A model generated the notes under the pieces. That model was given only the letters and a program-made list of their open reading frames with translations, ran no database searches and was not told the DNA's origin. A stretch of DNA of 64,000 nt, from assembly GCA_965197645.1 (NCBI GenBank), contig OZ240219.1, positions 1,504,001 to 1,568,000 of the forward strand, given 5' to 3'. This stretch comes from Dehalococcoidia bacterium. GTDB lineage: Bacteria > Chloroflexota > Dehalococcoidia > Plut-88900. Position 1 is the first letter of the stretch. Each line of letters starts with the position of its first letter. Below, in pieces: positions 9,036 through 18,847 of the stretch. Position numbers and translations under genes: made by a program.

Positions 9036-10154
9036 ATGAAGACCAAAGCTGATTACTACGAGGTACTGGGGGTATCCAGGAACGCCACGGTCGAGGAGGT
9101 CAAAAAGGCGTTCCGGCGGCTGGCATTCCAGTACCATCCCGATAGAAACAAGAGCGCCGGCGCCGAGGAACGGTTCAAGGAGATCAACGAAGCGTACGAG
9201 GTGCTGAGCGACTCCGAAAAACGTGCCGCTTACGACAGGTTCGGACATGTGGGCACAGGGTCATCTTACGGACGCGGGTTTGAGGGAGCCGGCGGCTTTG
9301 GCGGATTCGGTGATATCTTTGATGCATTCTTCGGCGGCTCGACCAAGGCCAGGACCGGCCCGCAACGCGGCGCCGATCTGAAACACACAATCTCGATATC
9401 CTTTGAGGACGCCGTTTTTGGATGTGCCCGGGAATTCAACCTGGAACGCACCGAGGTGTGCAGCCACTGCCGAGGAGACCGCGCCGAGCCGGGAACCAAC
9501 CCGGTGACCTGCTCTAACTGCAATGGCTCGGGCGAGGTGCGACGAGTGCAGCAAAGCCTCTTCGGGCAGTTCATGAACGTTTCCCCCTGCGACCGGTGCC
9601 GGGGCCAGGGCAAGCTGATCACTACGCCGTGCAGCCAGTGCAAAGGGTCCGGTCTGGAAAGAAAGTCTCGTAGGATATCGGTGAAGATACCCGGCGGCGT
9701 CGATAATGGCTACCAGATCAGGCTTTCGGGCGAGGGCGAGCCGGGCTCGCGAGGCGGAAACCCCGGTAACCTGTATGTCAAGGTCCAGGTGAAAGAACAC
9801 GAGATATTCGAGCGCTACGGCGACGACATCCTGGTGGAGTACCCGGTCAACTTTGCCCAGGCGGCTTTGGGGGATGAGGTGGAGATCCCAACCGTTGATG
9901 GGATGGTGATGCTGAAGATTCCGGAAGGCATTCGGGGCGGTAAAGCCCTGCGGCTGAAGGGTAAGGGATCCTACCGGCTACGAAAGAGCGGAAGGGGAGA
10001 CCAGTTGGTAATTATCGACGTGGTAACGCCTTCATCTCTAAGCAAGCAAGAGAGGAGCCTCTTTAACGAGCTTTCCGACACACTTGAGAAGCCCGGAGAA
10101 AACGGCGGTAACGGAAAGGGCTTGCTAGAGAAGATCAAGGGCGCTTTTTCCTAA
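9036..10154 (+). CDS. dnaJ: Chaperone DnaJ (class A)
   Basis: J-domain HPD, G/F region, four CxxCxG zinc repeats. Confidence 0.97.
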   Translation: MKTKADYYEVLGVSRNATVEEVKKAFRRLAFQYHPDRNKSAGAEERFKEINEAYEVLSDSEKRAAYDRFGHVGTGSSYGRGFEGAGGFGGFGDIFDAFFGGSTKARTGPQRGADLKHTISISFEDAVFGCAREFNLERTEVCSHCRGDRAEPGTNPVTCSNCNGSGEVRRVQQSLFGQFMNVSPCDRCRGQGKLITTPCSQCKGSGLERKSRRISVKIPGGVDNGYQIRLSGEGEPGSRGGNPGNLYVKVQVKEHEIFERYGDDILVEYPVNFAQAALGDEVEIPTVDGMVMLKIPEGIRGGKALRLKGKGSYRLRKSGRGDQLVIIDVVTPSSLSKQERSLFNELSDTLEKPGENGGNGKGLLEKIKGAFS

Positions 10155-10175
10155 CGGCATATTTTAGGCAAGAAC

Positions 10176-10208
10176 TTGCGGCCCTCCCAGATTCTGGGAG
10201 GGCCGCAA
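10176..10208 (+). terminator. Terminator-like hairpin after dnaJ
   Basis: TTGCGGCCCTCCCAG-ATT-CTGGGAGGGCCGCAA perfect inverted repeat. Confidence 0.75.
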
Positions 10209-10320
10209 CGCGTCGGTTAGACTGAGCACTTCCAACCTACATGGTCTATCGATCGGGTTTGGTTGCTATAATGCCGTTCGGTCATCTAGCCTGGAGTTGT
10301 TGCACACGGAAGGACTGGCC

Positions 10321-11208
10321 TTGGACTGGTGTGAGATCAGCATAGAGGTGGACCGGGAGTTCGTCGAACCGGTGACGGAGATGTTTCGACGCTATGGCGG
10401 CCGTGACGTGGTGCTGGAGTATTCCGAGCCGTCCAAGTTCTCGAAACAGGTGCTGGTCAAGACCTTTCTCCCCGTGGACGAGCTCCTGCCCGACACCAGT
10501 GCCCAGCTCGACCTGGGGGTGCGGCTGCTGGGCCTTGTACGCCCCGTGGGTGACTTGAAAGACCGGATAATCTCCGAGGAGGACTGGTCGAAGGCGTGGA
10601 GAAAGCAGTTCCACGTGCTGCACATCGGTGAGAGGCTGGTGATATGCCCCACGTGGCGAAACTACTCGGCCAAGCCCGACGAGGTGGTGGTCCAACTGGA
10701 CCCCGGGATGGCATTCGGCACGGGTCTTCACCCGACCACACAAATGTGTCTCGAGCTGCTGGAACGACATATCGAGCGCGGTATGAAGGTGCTGGACCTG
10801 GGCACCGGTTCGGGCATTCTGGCCATCTCCGCAGCTAAGCTGGGAGCGAGCCGTGTTCTCGGCCTGGACATCGATCCGGTAGCTACAAAAGTTGCAGCCG
10901 AAAACGTTGTGCTCAATGGCGTACAGGATAGGGTGAAGATCGAAAAGGGGACCCTAAGACCTTCAGACAAGGGAGTCTCAGGGGAATATGACCTGGTGGC
11001 GGTCAACATTACGGCCAAGGCGATAAGTGACCTGGCGCCATTGATCAGCCGGCGCCTCAAAGAGGATAGGGTGGTGGTCTGCTCGGGGATTCTGGATACC
11101 CAGGCCGATCAGGTGACGGGAGCGTTTGCAAAGCTGGGCCTGGAAACGCTGGATATCGCCTGCGTGGAGGACTGGCGCGGCGTGGTGTCGAGGAAGGAAA
11201 GAGGATAG
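10321..11208 (+). CDS. prmA: 50S ribosomal protein L11 methyltransferase
   Basis: LDPGMAFGTGLHPTT, VLDLGTGSGIL; start could also be 10297. Confidence 0.93.
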   Translation: MDWCEISIEVDREFVEPVTEMFRRYGGRDVVLEYSEPSKFSKQVLVKTFLPVDELLPDTSAQLDLGVRLLGLVRPVGDLKDRIISEEDWSKAWRKQFHVLHIGERLVICPTWRNYSAKPDEVVVQLDPGMAFGTGLHPTTQMCLELLERHIERGMKVLDLGTGSGILAISAAKLGASRVLGLDIDPVATKVAAENVVLNGVQDRVKIEKGTLRPSDKGVSGEYDLVAVNITAKAISDLAPLISRRLKEDRVVVCSGILDTQADQVTGAFAKLGLETLDIACVEDWRGVVSRKERG

Positions 11209-11212
11209 AAGG

Positions 11213-11824
11213 CTAATCTACGGGTGTCGCTCGGACCAGCTTACGCTCCGTCCCGTCGATGAGGTTTCGTATGTTCTCCCGGTGGGTGAAGATGATCAGG
11301 GCCGGTACGATGACTACCTGGCCGAGGTAGCCAACGGGTCGCTTACCGGCGGCTATCATTCCCAGAAGAGACGAGGCTCCGACCAGGGTGCCCGTCAGCG
11401 AACCCAGCGAGGAGTATCGCCATATGGCGATCACAGCTCCGCCCACTATGGTTGCCAGCAGCGCAGACGGGGGAGCCAGGACATAGAGGCCTCCCAATGC
11501 GGTCAGTACACCCTTGCCGCCCTTGAACCCGAGAAATATCGACCAGAGATGGCCGGTTACGGCGGCCAGTCCCACCAGTACATGACCGGACGGCCTTTCG
11601 AGGGTCGCCTTCGCCAGGTAAACGGGAACGGCTCCTTTGACCAGGTCCAACGCCAGCACGCAGCCAGCGATGCGAGGGCCGGCCGCCCTGTAGACATTGG
11701 CTGCTCCGGTGTTGCCGCTGCCGTGTTGCCGTAAATCGGTGTTTTTCAGCCACCTTACCAGCACGGGGCCCGTCGGTAGAGACCCGAGCAGATAGCCCAG
11801 AAGAACAAGGCCCAGGAGGATCAT
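11213..11824 (-). CDS. plsY: Glycerol-3-phosphate acyltransferase PlsY
   Basis: GYLLGSLP, GSGNTGAANV, FKGGKGV, HRENI. Confidence 0.95.
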   Translation of the reverse strand: MILLGLVLLGYLLGSLPTGPVLVRWLKNTDLRQHGSGNTGAANVYRAAGPRIAGCVLALDLVKGAVPVYLAKATLERPSGHVLVGLAAVTGHLWSIFLGFKGGKGVLTALGGLYVLAPPSALLATIVGGAVIAIWRYSSLGSLTGTLVGASSLLGMIAAGKRPVGYLGQVVIVPALIIFTHRENIRNLIDGTERKLVRATPVD

Positions 11825-13134
11825 CGCTCCTGGTTCCTGCGTTCGAAACGCAGCTGAAGGGGGGTGCCTCGGAAGGCGAAGGTCTGGCGAAGGCGGTTCT
11901 CCAGGTACCGTTCATAGGAGAAGTGAAGGAGGCTCGGATCGTTGACGAAAAAGGTGAAGGTCGGTGGGTGGGTATCGGTCTGGGTGGCGTAGAAGATCTT
12001 GATACGCCTGCCCCTGACGTTGGGTATCGGGTTGGTGGCCACCGCCTGCATCAGCACCCGGTTCAGCGCCGAAGTGGCGACCTTCTTTCCCCGGTCCTCG
12101 AATATCTCCTCGGCGGTGGGGATAACCTGATCGGTGTTCTCAGCTTGTAGTGCCGATACATAGAGAATAGGCAGGTACTGGGCAGCCTTGAGACGCCCTC
12201 GGATGAAGGGTGCTACGTCTTCTTCGGTCAGCCCCAGCTCCGGTGCCAGGTCCCATTTGTTCACCACCACGATAACCCCTTTGAAGGCGTCTTTCGTGTA
12301 GCCCCAAATGTGCAGGTCCTGGGAGCTCATCAGCTCGGAAGCGTCGACCACCAGGAGCACTACGTCGGCACGGTAGATGGCCTGCATGGTGCGCAGGACG
12401 CTGTACTTCTCAACGCCCTGCTCTATGCGACCTCTTTTTCTCACTCCGGCGGTGTCTATTAGCAGAAGGGACGTTCCCTGGTACTCTACGTGGGTATCGA
12501 TAGCGTCCCGGGTAGTGCCTGGCACCTCGCTCACGATGGCCCGCTGCTCGCCCAGGATGGAGTTGAGCAACATCGATTTGCCCACGTTGGGACGCCCGAC
12601 TATGGCGATCTTCAGCATATCCTGTTGCGCGGAGACGTTCTCCGCCGGCAGGTGGGTCACGACCCGTTCCATCAGATCGTCCAGGCCCAGGTTATGATAT
12701 GCGCTGATTGGTATCGGATCGCCGATGCCCAGCCTGTAGAAATCGGGCAGATCCGCCTGACGCTTCTCGTTGTCGACCTTGTTGACGGCTAGGACAACCG
12801 ACTTCCGCCTTCTCCTTAGGAGATCGCTGACCTCCAGGTCTGCCGAGGTCAGGCCTCCTACGGCGTCGGCGAGGAACAACACCACGTCCGCATCGTCTAT
12901 GGCGGTGTACACCTGGTCCAGGACGCCCTTTTCGATCTCGGTCTGCGGGCCGGGGTCCAGGCCGCCGGTATCGACCAGGATGAAGTCCCGGTCTCGGTAC
13001 GAGATCAGGGCGGAAACCCGGTCTCTGGTAGTCCCCGGCACGTCGGTGACGATGGCCAGCCGCCTGCCGACAAACCGGTTGAACAGGGTAGACTTGCCTA
13101 CGTTAGGACGCCCTACTATTGCTACGATAGACAT
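11821..13134 (-). CDS. der: Ribosome biogenesis GTPase Der (EngA)
   Basis: Two GRPNVGKS G-domains and a KH-like C-terminus; ATGA overlap with plsY. Confidence 0.97.
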   Translation of the reverse strand: MSIVAIVGRPNVGKSTLFNRFVGRRLAIVTDVPGTTRDRVSALISYRDRDFILVDTGGLDPGPQTEIEKGVLDQVYTAIDDADVVLFLADAVGGLTSADLEVSDLLRRRRKSVVLAVNKVDNEKRQADLPDFYRLGIGDPIPISAYHNLGLDDLMERVVTHLPAENVSAQQDMLKIAIVGRPNVGKSMLLNSILGEQRAIVSEVPGTTRDAIDTHVEYQGTSLLLIDTAGVRKRGRIEQGVEKYSVLRTMQAIYRADVVLLVVDASELMSSQDLHIWGYTKDAFKGVIVVVNKWDLAPELGLTEEDVAPFIRGRLKAAQYLPILYVSALQAENTDQVIPTAEEIFEDRGKKVATSALNRVLMQAVATNPIPNVRGRRIKIFYATQTDTHPPTFTFFVNDPSLLHFSYERYLENRLRQTFAFRGTPLQLRFERRNQER

Positions 13135-13165
13135 CTCAAGTAGAGAACGGGGGAGGTTTGGCTGC

Positions 13166-14080
13166 CTAGCCTCGGCCTAGCAGTTCGGCCAGGATGGCTT
13201 TCTGGATGTGCAAACGGTTCTCGGCCTGATCGAAGACAACCGACTGGCTGTGGTCCAACATGCCCTCTTCGATCTCCTCGCCGGGGTGGGCAGGCAACGG
13301 GTGCATGAAGATCGCCTTCTTTCCGGCCGCGGCCATCAGCTGAGGATCGACCCTGTATTCGGCGAAATCTACCCGTCGTCTCTCCGATTCCTCTTCCTGC
13401 CCCATGCTGGTCCAGACATCGGTGTAGACGACATCCGCTCCGGAGACGGCCTGCCGGATATCGCTCGTGATCTCGATGCTGGCTCCATTCCTGGAGAAGA
13501 GGGATTCTATTCGAGAGAGGACCGGGCCATCGAGCTCGTAGCCTTCGGGGGTTGCTAGCGAGATGCTGGCGCCGACCAGCCCCGCGCCCATGGATAGGCT
13601 GGTAGCCATGTTGTTGCCATCGCCCACGTAACCGATCTTCAACCCTGATAGGTCGCCCTTTACCTCGTGGATGGTCAGCAGGTCGGCCAGGACCTGACAT
13701 GGATGCTCCTGATCGGTGAGACCGTTGATGACCGGCACCGTCGAGCTCTCGGCCAGGGTTACGACATCGGAGTGCCTGAATGTGCGGATCATAATGCCAT
13801 CGACGTAGCGGCTCAACACCTTGGCCACGTCGGGAATGGGCTCCCGGGTGCCCAGGCCGACCTCCTCGGGTGAGAGGTAGATCGTGTGGCCGCCAAGCTG
13901 CTTCATACCCGCATCGAAGCTCACCCTGGTCCGCAGTGACGGCATCCGGAATAGCAGGGCGAGGGTGCGACCGGAGAGGGGTGTAGACTGCTCACCCTTC
14001 TTCAACTCCTTGGCTCTATCTATGAGCGACCAGACGTCATCGGTCGAGAGGTCGGATATGGAGATAAGGTTCCGATTCAT
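13166..14080 (-). CDS. argF: Ornithine carbamoyltransferase
   Basis: SLRTRVSF, HPCQ, DVWTSMG, MHPLP, QAENRLH. Confidence 0.93.
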   Translation of the reverse strand: MNRNLISISDLSTDDVWSLIDRAKELKKGEQSTPLSGRTLALLFRMPSLRTRVSFDAGMKQLGGHTIYLSPEEVGLGTREPIPDVAKVLSRYVDGIMIRTFRHSDVVTLAESSTVPVINGLTDQEHPCQVLADLLTIHEVKGDLSGLKIGYVGDGNNMATSLSMGAGLVGASISLATPEGYELDGPVLSRIESLFSRNGASIEITSDIRQAVSGADVVYTDVWTSMGQEEESERRRVDFAEYRVDPQLMAAAGKKAIFMHPLPAHPGEEIEEGMLDHSQSVVFDQAENRLHIQKAILAELLGRG

Positions 14081-14195
14081 TCCTGGTTCCTCCAGCGTCC
14101 TTCATAATAACCTACTCCTCAACGGACGTTCAACAGACGACATGCCATCATAGCGGTCACCGCTGATCCGATACATCCTTGGGAGTTCGGCCTGT

Positions 14196-17087
14196 TTAGG
14201 CAGTACGCTGGGAACGCCGGTACCAGAACGCCAGCACGACAAGCATGATGGCAAACCCTCCGCACACGCCACCAAGAGCAGGCGTTAGCCAGCCGGCGAA
14301 AGTATCCTCCTCGATCGATGCGGCGGCCATAGCCAACTCGTCGCCATCCAACACGCCGTCCCAATCGCGGTCGATGCCTATGCGGTTCCCGTATCCTACA
14401 GGCACTACTGTGAAGGTGATCTCGTTTCCCGGCGCGGCCCGAGCAAGCAGTTCCTCGTACTCCAGGACATCTCCCGCCCGATCGGACTGGAACTGATTGG
14501 CGCCAACGTAGGTGTAACCCCGAGGGGCCATCTTGTATACGCCCTTGGCTACCAGGTCCACTCTACCTTCCGGCGCCAGGACCAGGGAGTTGGCCAGGAA
14601 CTGGGACTGGGCCGGTGAGAGGTTCGAGCCGTCGGCCACGGTGATCTGCTTTCCCACCGCTGCGTGGGCGTCCAGGCTGGGGGGACCGGGAGGCTCCATC
14701 CGCCCGCCCTTCGGCGCCGGCAGGTCAGAGCCGGAAAAGGCCATCAGGAACGCTATGATGTCGGCCAGCTCCTGCATGTTGTCTATCCCATCGAAACCCA
14801 AACGGAAGAACCGTGGCAGTGAATCGAAGGCGCCATCGTGAGCGAACCCGAATCCGACGAGATTAGTTTTTTGGGTTGTATCGAAGCCTACCCTCTCGTA
14901 TATGTTTCTCAGTTGCACGATCTTCAGGGTGACGTTGTTTGCTCCATCGACCGAGACGAGGCCGTGATGCAGCTCTCCGTTCGGCCCCGGCGGGATCTCA
15001 GCGGATGCAACAGGTCCGATGTTGGGCCCGATACCCGACGGTAGGGTATGACACGTCGAGCAAGAGAAGGGCGTATCGGCGAACTTGGGCGGCAGGAACA
15101 GCTCCAGTCCCCTTTGGGCATTGCCATCGGGCAGTGGAGAACCCCTGACACCGAAGCGACCGACGGCAAAATGCCCCTCCAAAGAGACGTTATCGGGCAG
15201 AGTGTTGTCAAAGTTGCGGAACGGATTGGGCGGAAAGTATATGGTGTGGAGAAAGTCCTCGAACTCCTGCATCTCGTCTGTAGTCAACGGCTCGTCGTCC
15301 CCAAGGAGAGTTAGGAAGGCGGCGTTGAACTCCTCCAAACCATCTCTGTCACCTCGCCAGTGGAAAGGCTCTTTGCCGATGATGTCCTGCAGCGTCTGGG
15401 TGATCATCGGGCCCTTCATCGGGTGCCAGTCCTCGAACCCGCTGCTCAGGCCGGGGTGCCAACGTCCCAGGTTCTGATGCAGAGAATCTTTGACCAGGCC
15501 TGCGGGATTGCCCAGGTCCCAGGCCAGGCGGTCCATCCGCGCGTCCACGTGGCACGAGGCGCATGAGACGTGGCCCAACCCGGATGTATCGTGGGTATTG
15601 TAAAGGTGCCTTCGACCAGCTTTGATCGCAGGAGGCGAAGGATCGAAGAAGGGCACTCGGGCCAGCTCTTGCTCGTCTTTCACGTCGATCACCGAGATGG
15701 CCGACTCAAACTTGTTCAGAACGTAGAGCTGCTGACGAGATTCGTCCAACGCTATGCCGGTGGGACCTTCGCCCACCGAGATGGGCGCTGACCCTATCCG
15801 GGCGCCCGTCTCGTCGATGACCACCACGTTGTTGGACCCCATTCCGGTCACGTAGCCGCGTGTGCCCGCCGTGTTCCAGACTATCCCTCGCGGGTCGCCC
15901 AGCGATCTGTTGCGCTCGGTCTGGGGAATGGTGGGGCCGGCGTAGTCCAGGTGCGGGTTCAAATCTACGACAGAGAGGACCTTCGGTTCCTGGGGCTCGA
16001 CCATGCCGAGGTTGACCCGCAGAAACCGACCGTTCAGGTTGGGCTCAAACCGCACTTCGTTCGTAGCGTCCGTGCCCACTAGGGTGACCAGCCCGGTGCC
16101 GGGGTTCACCGCCAGGGCCATGTTGATGTTCATGATCCTGCGTGCGTAGCGCACGTCGAGGGTTTGAGCGTCGATGATAGCCAGGTCCCTGTCCGGCAGG
16201 TCCCAGCCCCTGACACGCTCGGTCCTGAGCGACTCGTTGCCGCTGATGTATTCGCTCCAGTCGCCCCCGTTATCATCCATCCACCGGCCATCAGAGTCCT
16301 TTTTGACTATGAGGCTGACCTCCGGTGGAGTTGGGTTGTCGGGATTGATCGCAGGATAGAACTCATCCCCCGAGTTGGGTGGCGGGCTTAGACCGCCGTG
16401 AGGGCTGTCATAGTCATCTATCGGGGTCGGCAATGCGGTGGAGTCTCCCGAAATAATCGTCGAGCCGTTGCCGGACTCGAATACGGCTACGTACACTTCG
16501 TCGCCGGACGAGCTTACGGCCATCGCCTTGGGGTCTTCACCTTCTACCTGTATGACCTCCGGCTCGGCTTCCAGGTCCGTCAGGTCGAAGGCTATGACCT
16601 GATTGACCTGCGAACAGGAGACGAATGCCTTCTCCATGCCGCCGGCGAAGATGACGTCGGCAGGTTCATCGGCGGTCCACAGCGTCTTTACTACGCTCAT
16701 CCGGTCCAGGTCCACGATGCTGACAGTGTCCGATATGTGGTTGACGACCCACGCCTCGCTGTTCGTTCTTGCCCTGACGGAGACCGGGTCCAGCCCGACG
16801 GAGATAGCTCCCAGGGGTTCAATGGAGTGAGACGCTATCCGAAAGACCTCCAGACGGTAGTCCGGAGTGTTTACCGCCAGCAATCGGGCGCCGTCGGGGG
16901 TGATGTCCAAAGGGTGGACGTGGGGGGTCTCCCAGTTGACGAAGAAGTCCAGGGGTCCCGTGGGACTGGGCTCGACGTTCGGTAACACTGTCCTCTGCTC
17001 AGTCGCTTCTGAGCAACCCGAGGCTACTGAGCCCAATATCAAGGCTAGACCGAGTACCGGAAGGAGTAGTTTCTTATGCTTCATCAC
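14196..17087 (-). CDS. Lipoprotein with YVTN/YncE beta-propeller fused to a di-heme cytochrome c peroxidase/MauG-superfamily domain and a C-terminal TM anchor
   Basis: Lipobox ASGC; YVTN-like repeats; CASCH and CSTCH heme motifs; PFHWRGDR; HDG; terminal TM + RRSQR. Confidence 0.8.
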   Translation of the reverse strand: MMKHKKLLLPVLGLALILGSVASGCSEATEQRTVLPNVEPSPTGPLDFFVNWETPHVHPLDITPDGARLLAVNTPDYRLEVFRIASHSIEPLGAISVGLDPVSVRARTNSEAWVVNHISDTVSIVDLDRMSVVKTLWTADEPADVIFAGGMEKAFVSCSQVNQVIAFDLTDLEAEPEVIQVEGEDPKAMAVSSSGDEVYVAVFESGNGSTIISGDSTALPTPIDDYDSPHGGLSPPPNSGDEFYPAINPDNPTPPEVSLIVKKDSDGRWMDDNGGDWSEYISGNESLRTERVRGWDLPDRDLAIIDAQTLDVRYARRIMNINMALAVNPGTGLVTLVGTDATNEVRFEPNLNGRFLRVNLGMVEPQEPKVLSVVDLNPHLDYAGPTIPQTERNRSLGDPRGIVWNTAGTRGYVTGMGSNNVVVIDETGARIGSAPISVGEGPTGIALDESRQQLYVLNKFESAISVIDVKDEQELARVPFFDPSPPAIKAGRRHLYNTHDTSGLGHVSCASCHVDARMDRLAWDLGNPAGLVKDSLHQNLGRWHPGLSSGFEDWHPMKGPMITQTLQDIIGKEPFHWRGDRDGLEEFNAAFLTLLGDDEPLTTDEMQEFEDFLHTIYFPPNPFRNFDNTLPDNVSLEGHFAVGRFGVRGSPLPDGNAQRGLELFLPPKFADTPFSCSTCHTLPSGIGPNIGPVASAEIPPGPNGELHHGLVSVDGANNVTLKIVQLRNIYERVGFDTTQKTNLVGFGFAHDGAFDSLPRFFRLGFDGIDNMQELADIIAFLMAFSGSDLPAPKGGRMEPPGPPSLDAHAAVGKQITVADGSNLSPAQSQFLANSLVLAPEGRVDLVAKGVYKMAPRGYTYVGANQFQSDRAGDVLEYEELLARAAPGNEITFTVVPVGYGNRIGIDRDWDGVLDGDELAMAAASIEEDTFAGWLTPALGGVCGGFAIMLVVLAFWYRRSQRTA

Positions 17088-17148
17088 CTGGCCTCCCTTC
17101 TTCCCAAACGGCCGGGTCTGCGAACCGATGGTGAGAAAATGAACAATT

Positions 17149-17187
17149 ATAACAGAATGTTATATGGTGAATAACCGAATGTTATAT
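17149..17187. promoter_or_regulatory. Tandem palindromic operator-like sites ATAAC-N5-GTTAT
   Basis: ATAACAGAATGTTAT (17149-17163) and ATAACCGAATGTTAT (17171-17185), 22-bp period, in an AT-rich patch. Confidence 0.6.
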
Positions 17188-17466
17188 TGTAACGTACCGT
17201 GCACACTTCGACCGTTTTGTGCCTACGACGACCCGGTTGGAGATGCGGCGAGCCGGTTGCGGCAGGCCTCGGGAGCAGCTCCATCGACCCATCAGGGAAC
17301 TCAAGATGAGAAGTCGAGGTAAGCTGTCGCCGGACTGTGCATCAAGGAGATTGTGGGAGGTGCCGTGCGGGGCGTCCTTCAGGCGTTTGCAAAATGCCGG
17401 CAAAAGGGATATCGTCAGCCCCGTCTGAGTCACGGTTTGTGTGAACGCAGGCGGGCAATCGGGCTC

Positions 17467-17553
17467 GCCGAGGTGGCGGAATTGGCAGACGCGTCGGACT
17501 TAAAATCCGATTCCCCTAGGGGAGTGAGGGTTCAAATCCCTCCCTCGGCACCA
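17467..17553 (+). tRNA. tRNA-Leu(TAA)
   Basis: Cloverleaf with long variable arm, anticodon loop CT-TAA-AA, TTCAAAT T-loop, encoded CCA. Confidence 0.95.
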
Positions 17554-17614
17554 GCGTATCACGGTCCACTTATCTTCCGGGTAGAGGAAGGCTGTTGACG
17601 GAAAGGAGTCTCTA

Positions 17615-18025
17615 ATGTCCGAAGACCAGAGATCGTTAGGCGATAACGAAAGATGGGTATACGGGTCGGCGATGGGCTTGGGGGCCGTAGTAGTCGCCGT
17701 CGGCGCATTTCAGCCTATGGTAGAAGGCGGCGGTCCTTGGGGGCTGGTGTCAAACCTCGGTCTTCTCGTGCTGATAGCGAGTGTATCGATAGCCATACTG
17801 ACCTTGAGATTATTTATGGACAGCGGTACCCAGAAATACACGAGTGCGGCCGTCAGCATAGTTAGCCTCTATGTCGTTTTCGTTGCCATTCGACTTTTAT
17901 GGGACGTTCTCGACGCGGGTACCGCTAGCGATATAGGTTCAGGTCTGTACATAGCGCTGATAGGTGGAGCTGTATCGTTTGTCGGCAGCCTTGTAGCCCT
18001 GATTAGAATGATGGTACAGCGTTAG
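17615..18025 (+). CDS. Hypothetical 4-TM membrane protein
   Basis: SD AAGGAG; four hydrophobic segments; more AT-rich than neighbours. Confidence 0.7.
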   Translation: MSEDQRSLGDNERWVYGSAMGLGAVVVAVGAFQPMVEGGGPWGLVSNLGLLVLIASVSIAILTLRLFMDSGTQKYTSAAVSIVSLYVVFVAIRLLWDVLDAGTASDIGSGLYIALIGGAVSFVGSLVALIRMMVQR

Positions 18026-18831
18026 GTCCGCATCCTCTCCAGCAGGGCGGCGTGCACAAGGGGCCAGGCCACGATCAACGCTTTCGACGCTGGGTCGGGT
18101 GTATCGTTTAGGTCCTTCCCCGTCTCATCGGTCACCCGAGTGCCCAGCTCCCTGGCTAGCACCACCGATCCTGCGGTATGTACGTTCACTTCCGTGAACA
18201 CGGCGCCATGCAGCCGGCCCAGCAGCACCTGGCCCAATGGGTAGGCAGCCGAGCCGAAGGTGTAGTGCCTGCCCGCTGCCTCCGCCAACGCTTTCTTGGG
18301 CCCGGCAAAGGGACGGGTCTCCCCCTCGATTGCGATGCCGACGTTCAGTGGGTCTCCGGGGGGTTCCGTTGTTTCAAGCCTCTCCCCGTTGACGTAGGCG
18401 CCTTCGCCTCGTATCGCACTCAGAATTTCCCCGCTGGCGGGTAAAGAGACCACTCCCATCTCCAGCCGGTCCTCAATGCGAAGGGCGATGCTGACCCCGA
18501 AGTGGGCCAAGCCAGTGCTGTATGGCAGCGTTCCGCACAGCGGATCGATCAGCCAGGTCAGCCGGGTATCTCCTTTGTCGTAGCTGCTCTCCTCTGAAAG
18601 CACGTTGCCTGGGGCATCGTGAAGCCGGAGCACTTCTGATATGGCTCGGTCCGCGGCTAGGTCGGCGTCGGTTATGGGGTCTCCCGGGCCTTTGTAGCGA
18701 AGATTGAGGGATTCATCCCGGGCTGGACGAAACCGGGCCATGAGGGTCTCCGAAGCGCTCTTGGCCGCCTCCACGGCAACGTCCATCAGGGCTTTCAGAT
18801 CAACCTCGCCATGGGATTGTCGCTTGTCCAT
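18022..18831 (-). CDS. Inositol monophosphatase-family protein
   Basis: TDADLAAD, LSEE, IDPLCGT; start at the second Met. Confidence 0.85.
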   Translation of the reverse strand: MDKRQSHGEVDLKALMDVAVEAAKSASETLMARFRPARDESLNLRYKGPGDPITDADLAADRAISEVLRLHDAPGNVLSEESSYDKGDTRLTWLIDPLCGTLPYSTGLAHFGVSIALRIEDRLEMGVVSLPASGEILSAIRGEGAYVNGERLETTEPPGDPLNVGIAIEGETRPFAGPKKALAEAAGRHYTFGSAAYPLGQVLLGRLHGAVFTEVNVHTAGSVVLARELGTRVTDETGKDLNDTPDPASKALIVAWPLVHAALLERMRT

Positions 18832-18847
18832 CGGGCGTGGCTCTCCT

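Noticed and set aside
17467-18025. tRNA-Leu or tRNA-Asp as prophage/ICE attachment sites
   Set aside because: No integrase and no duplicated tRNA 3' end noticed in the window
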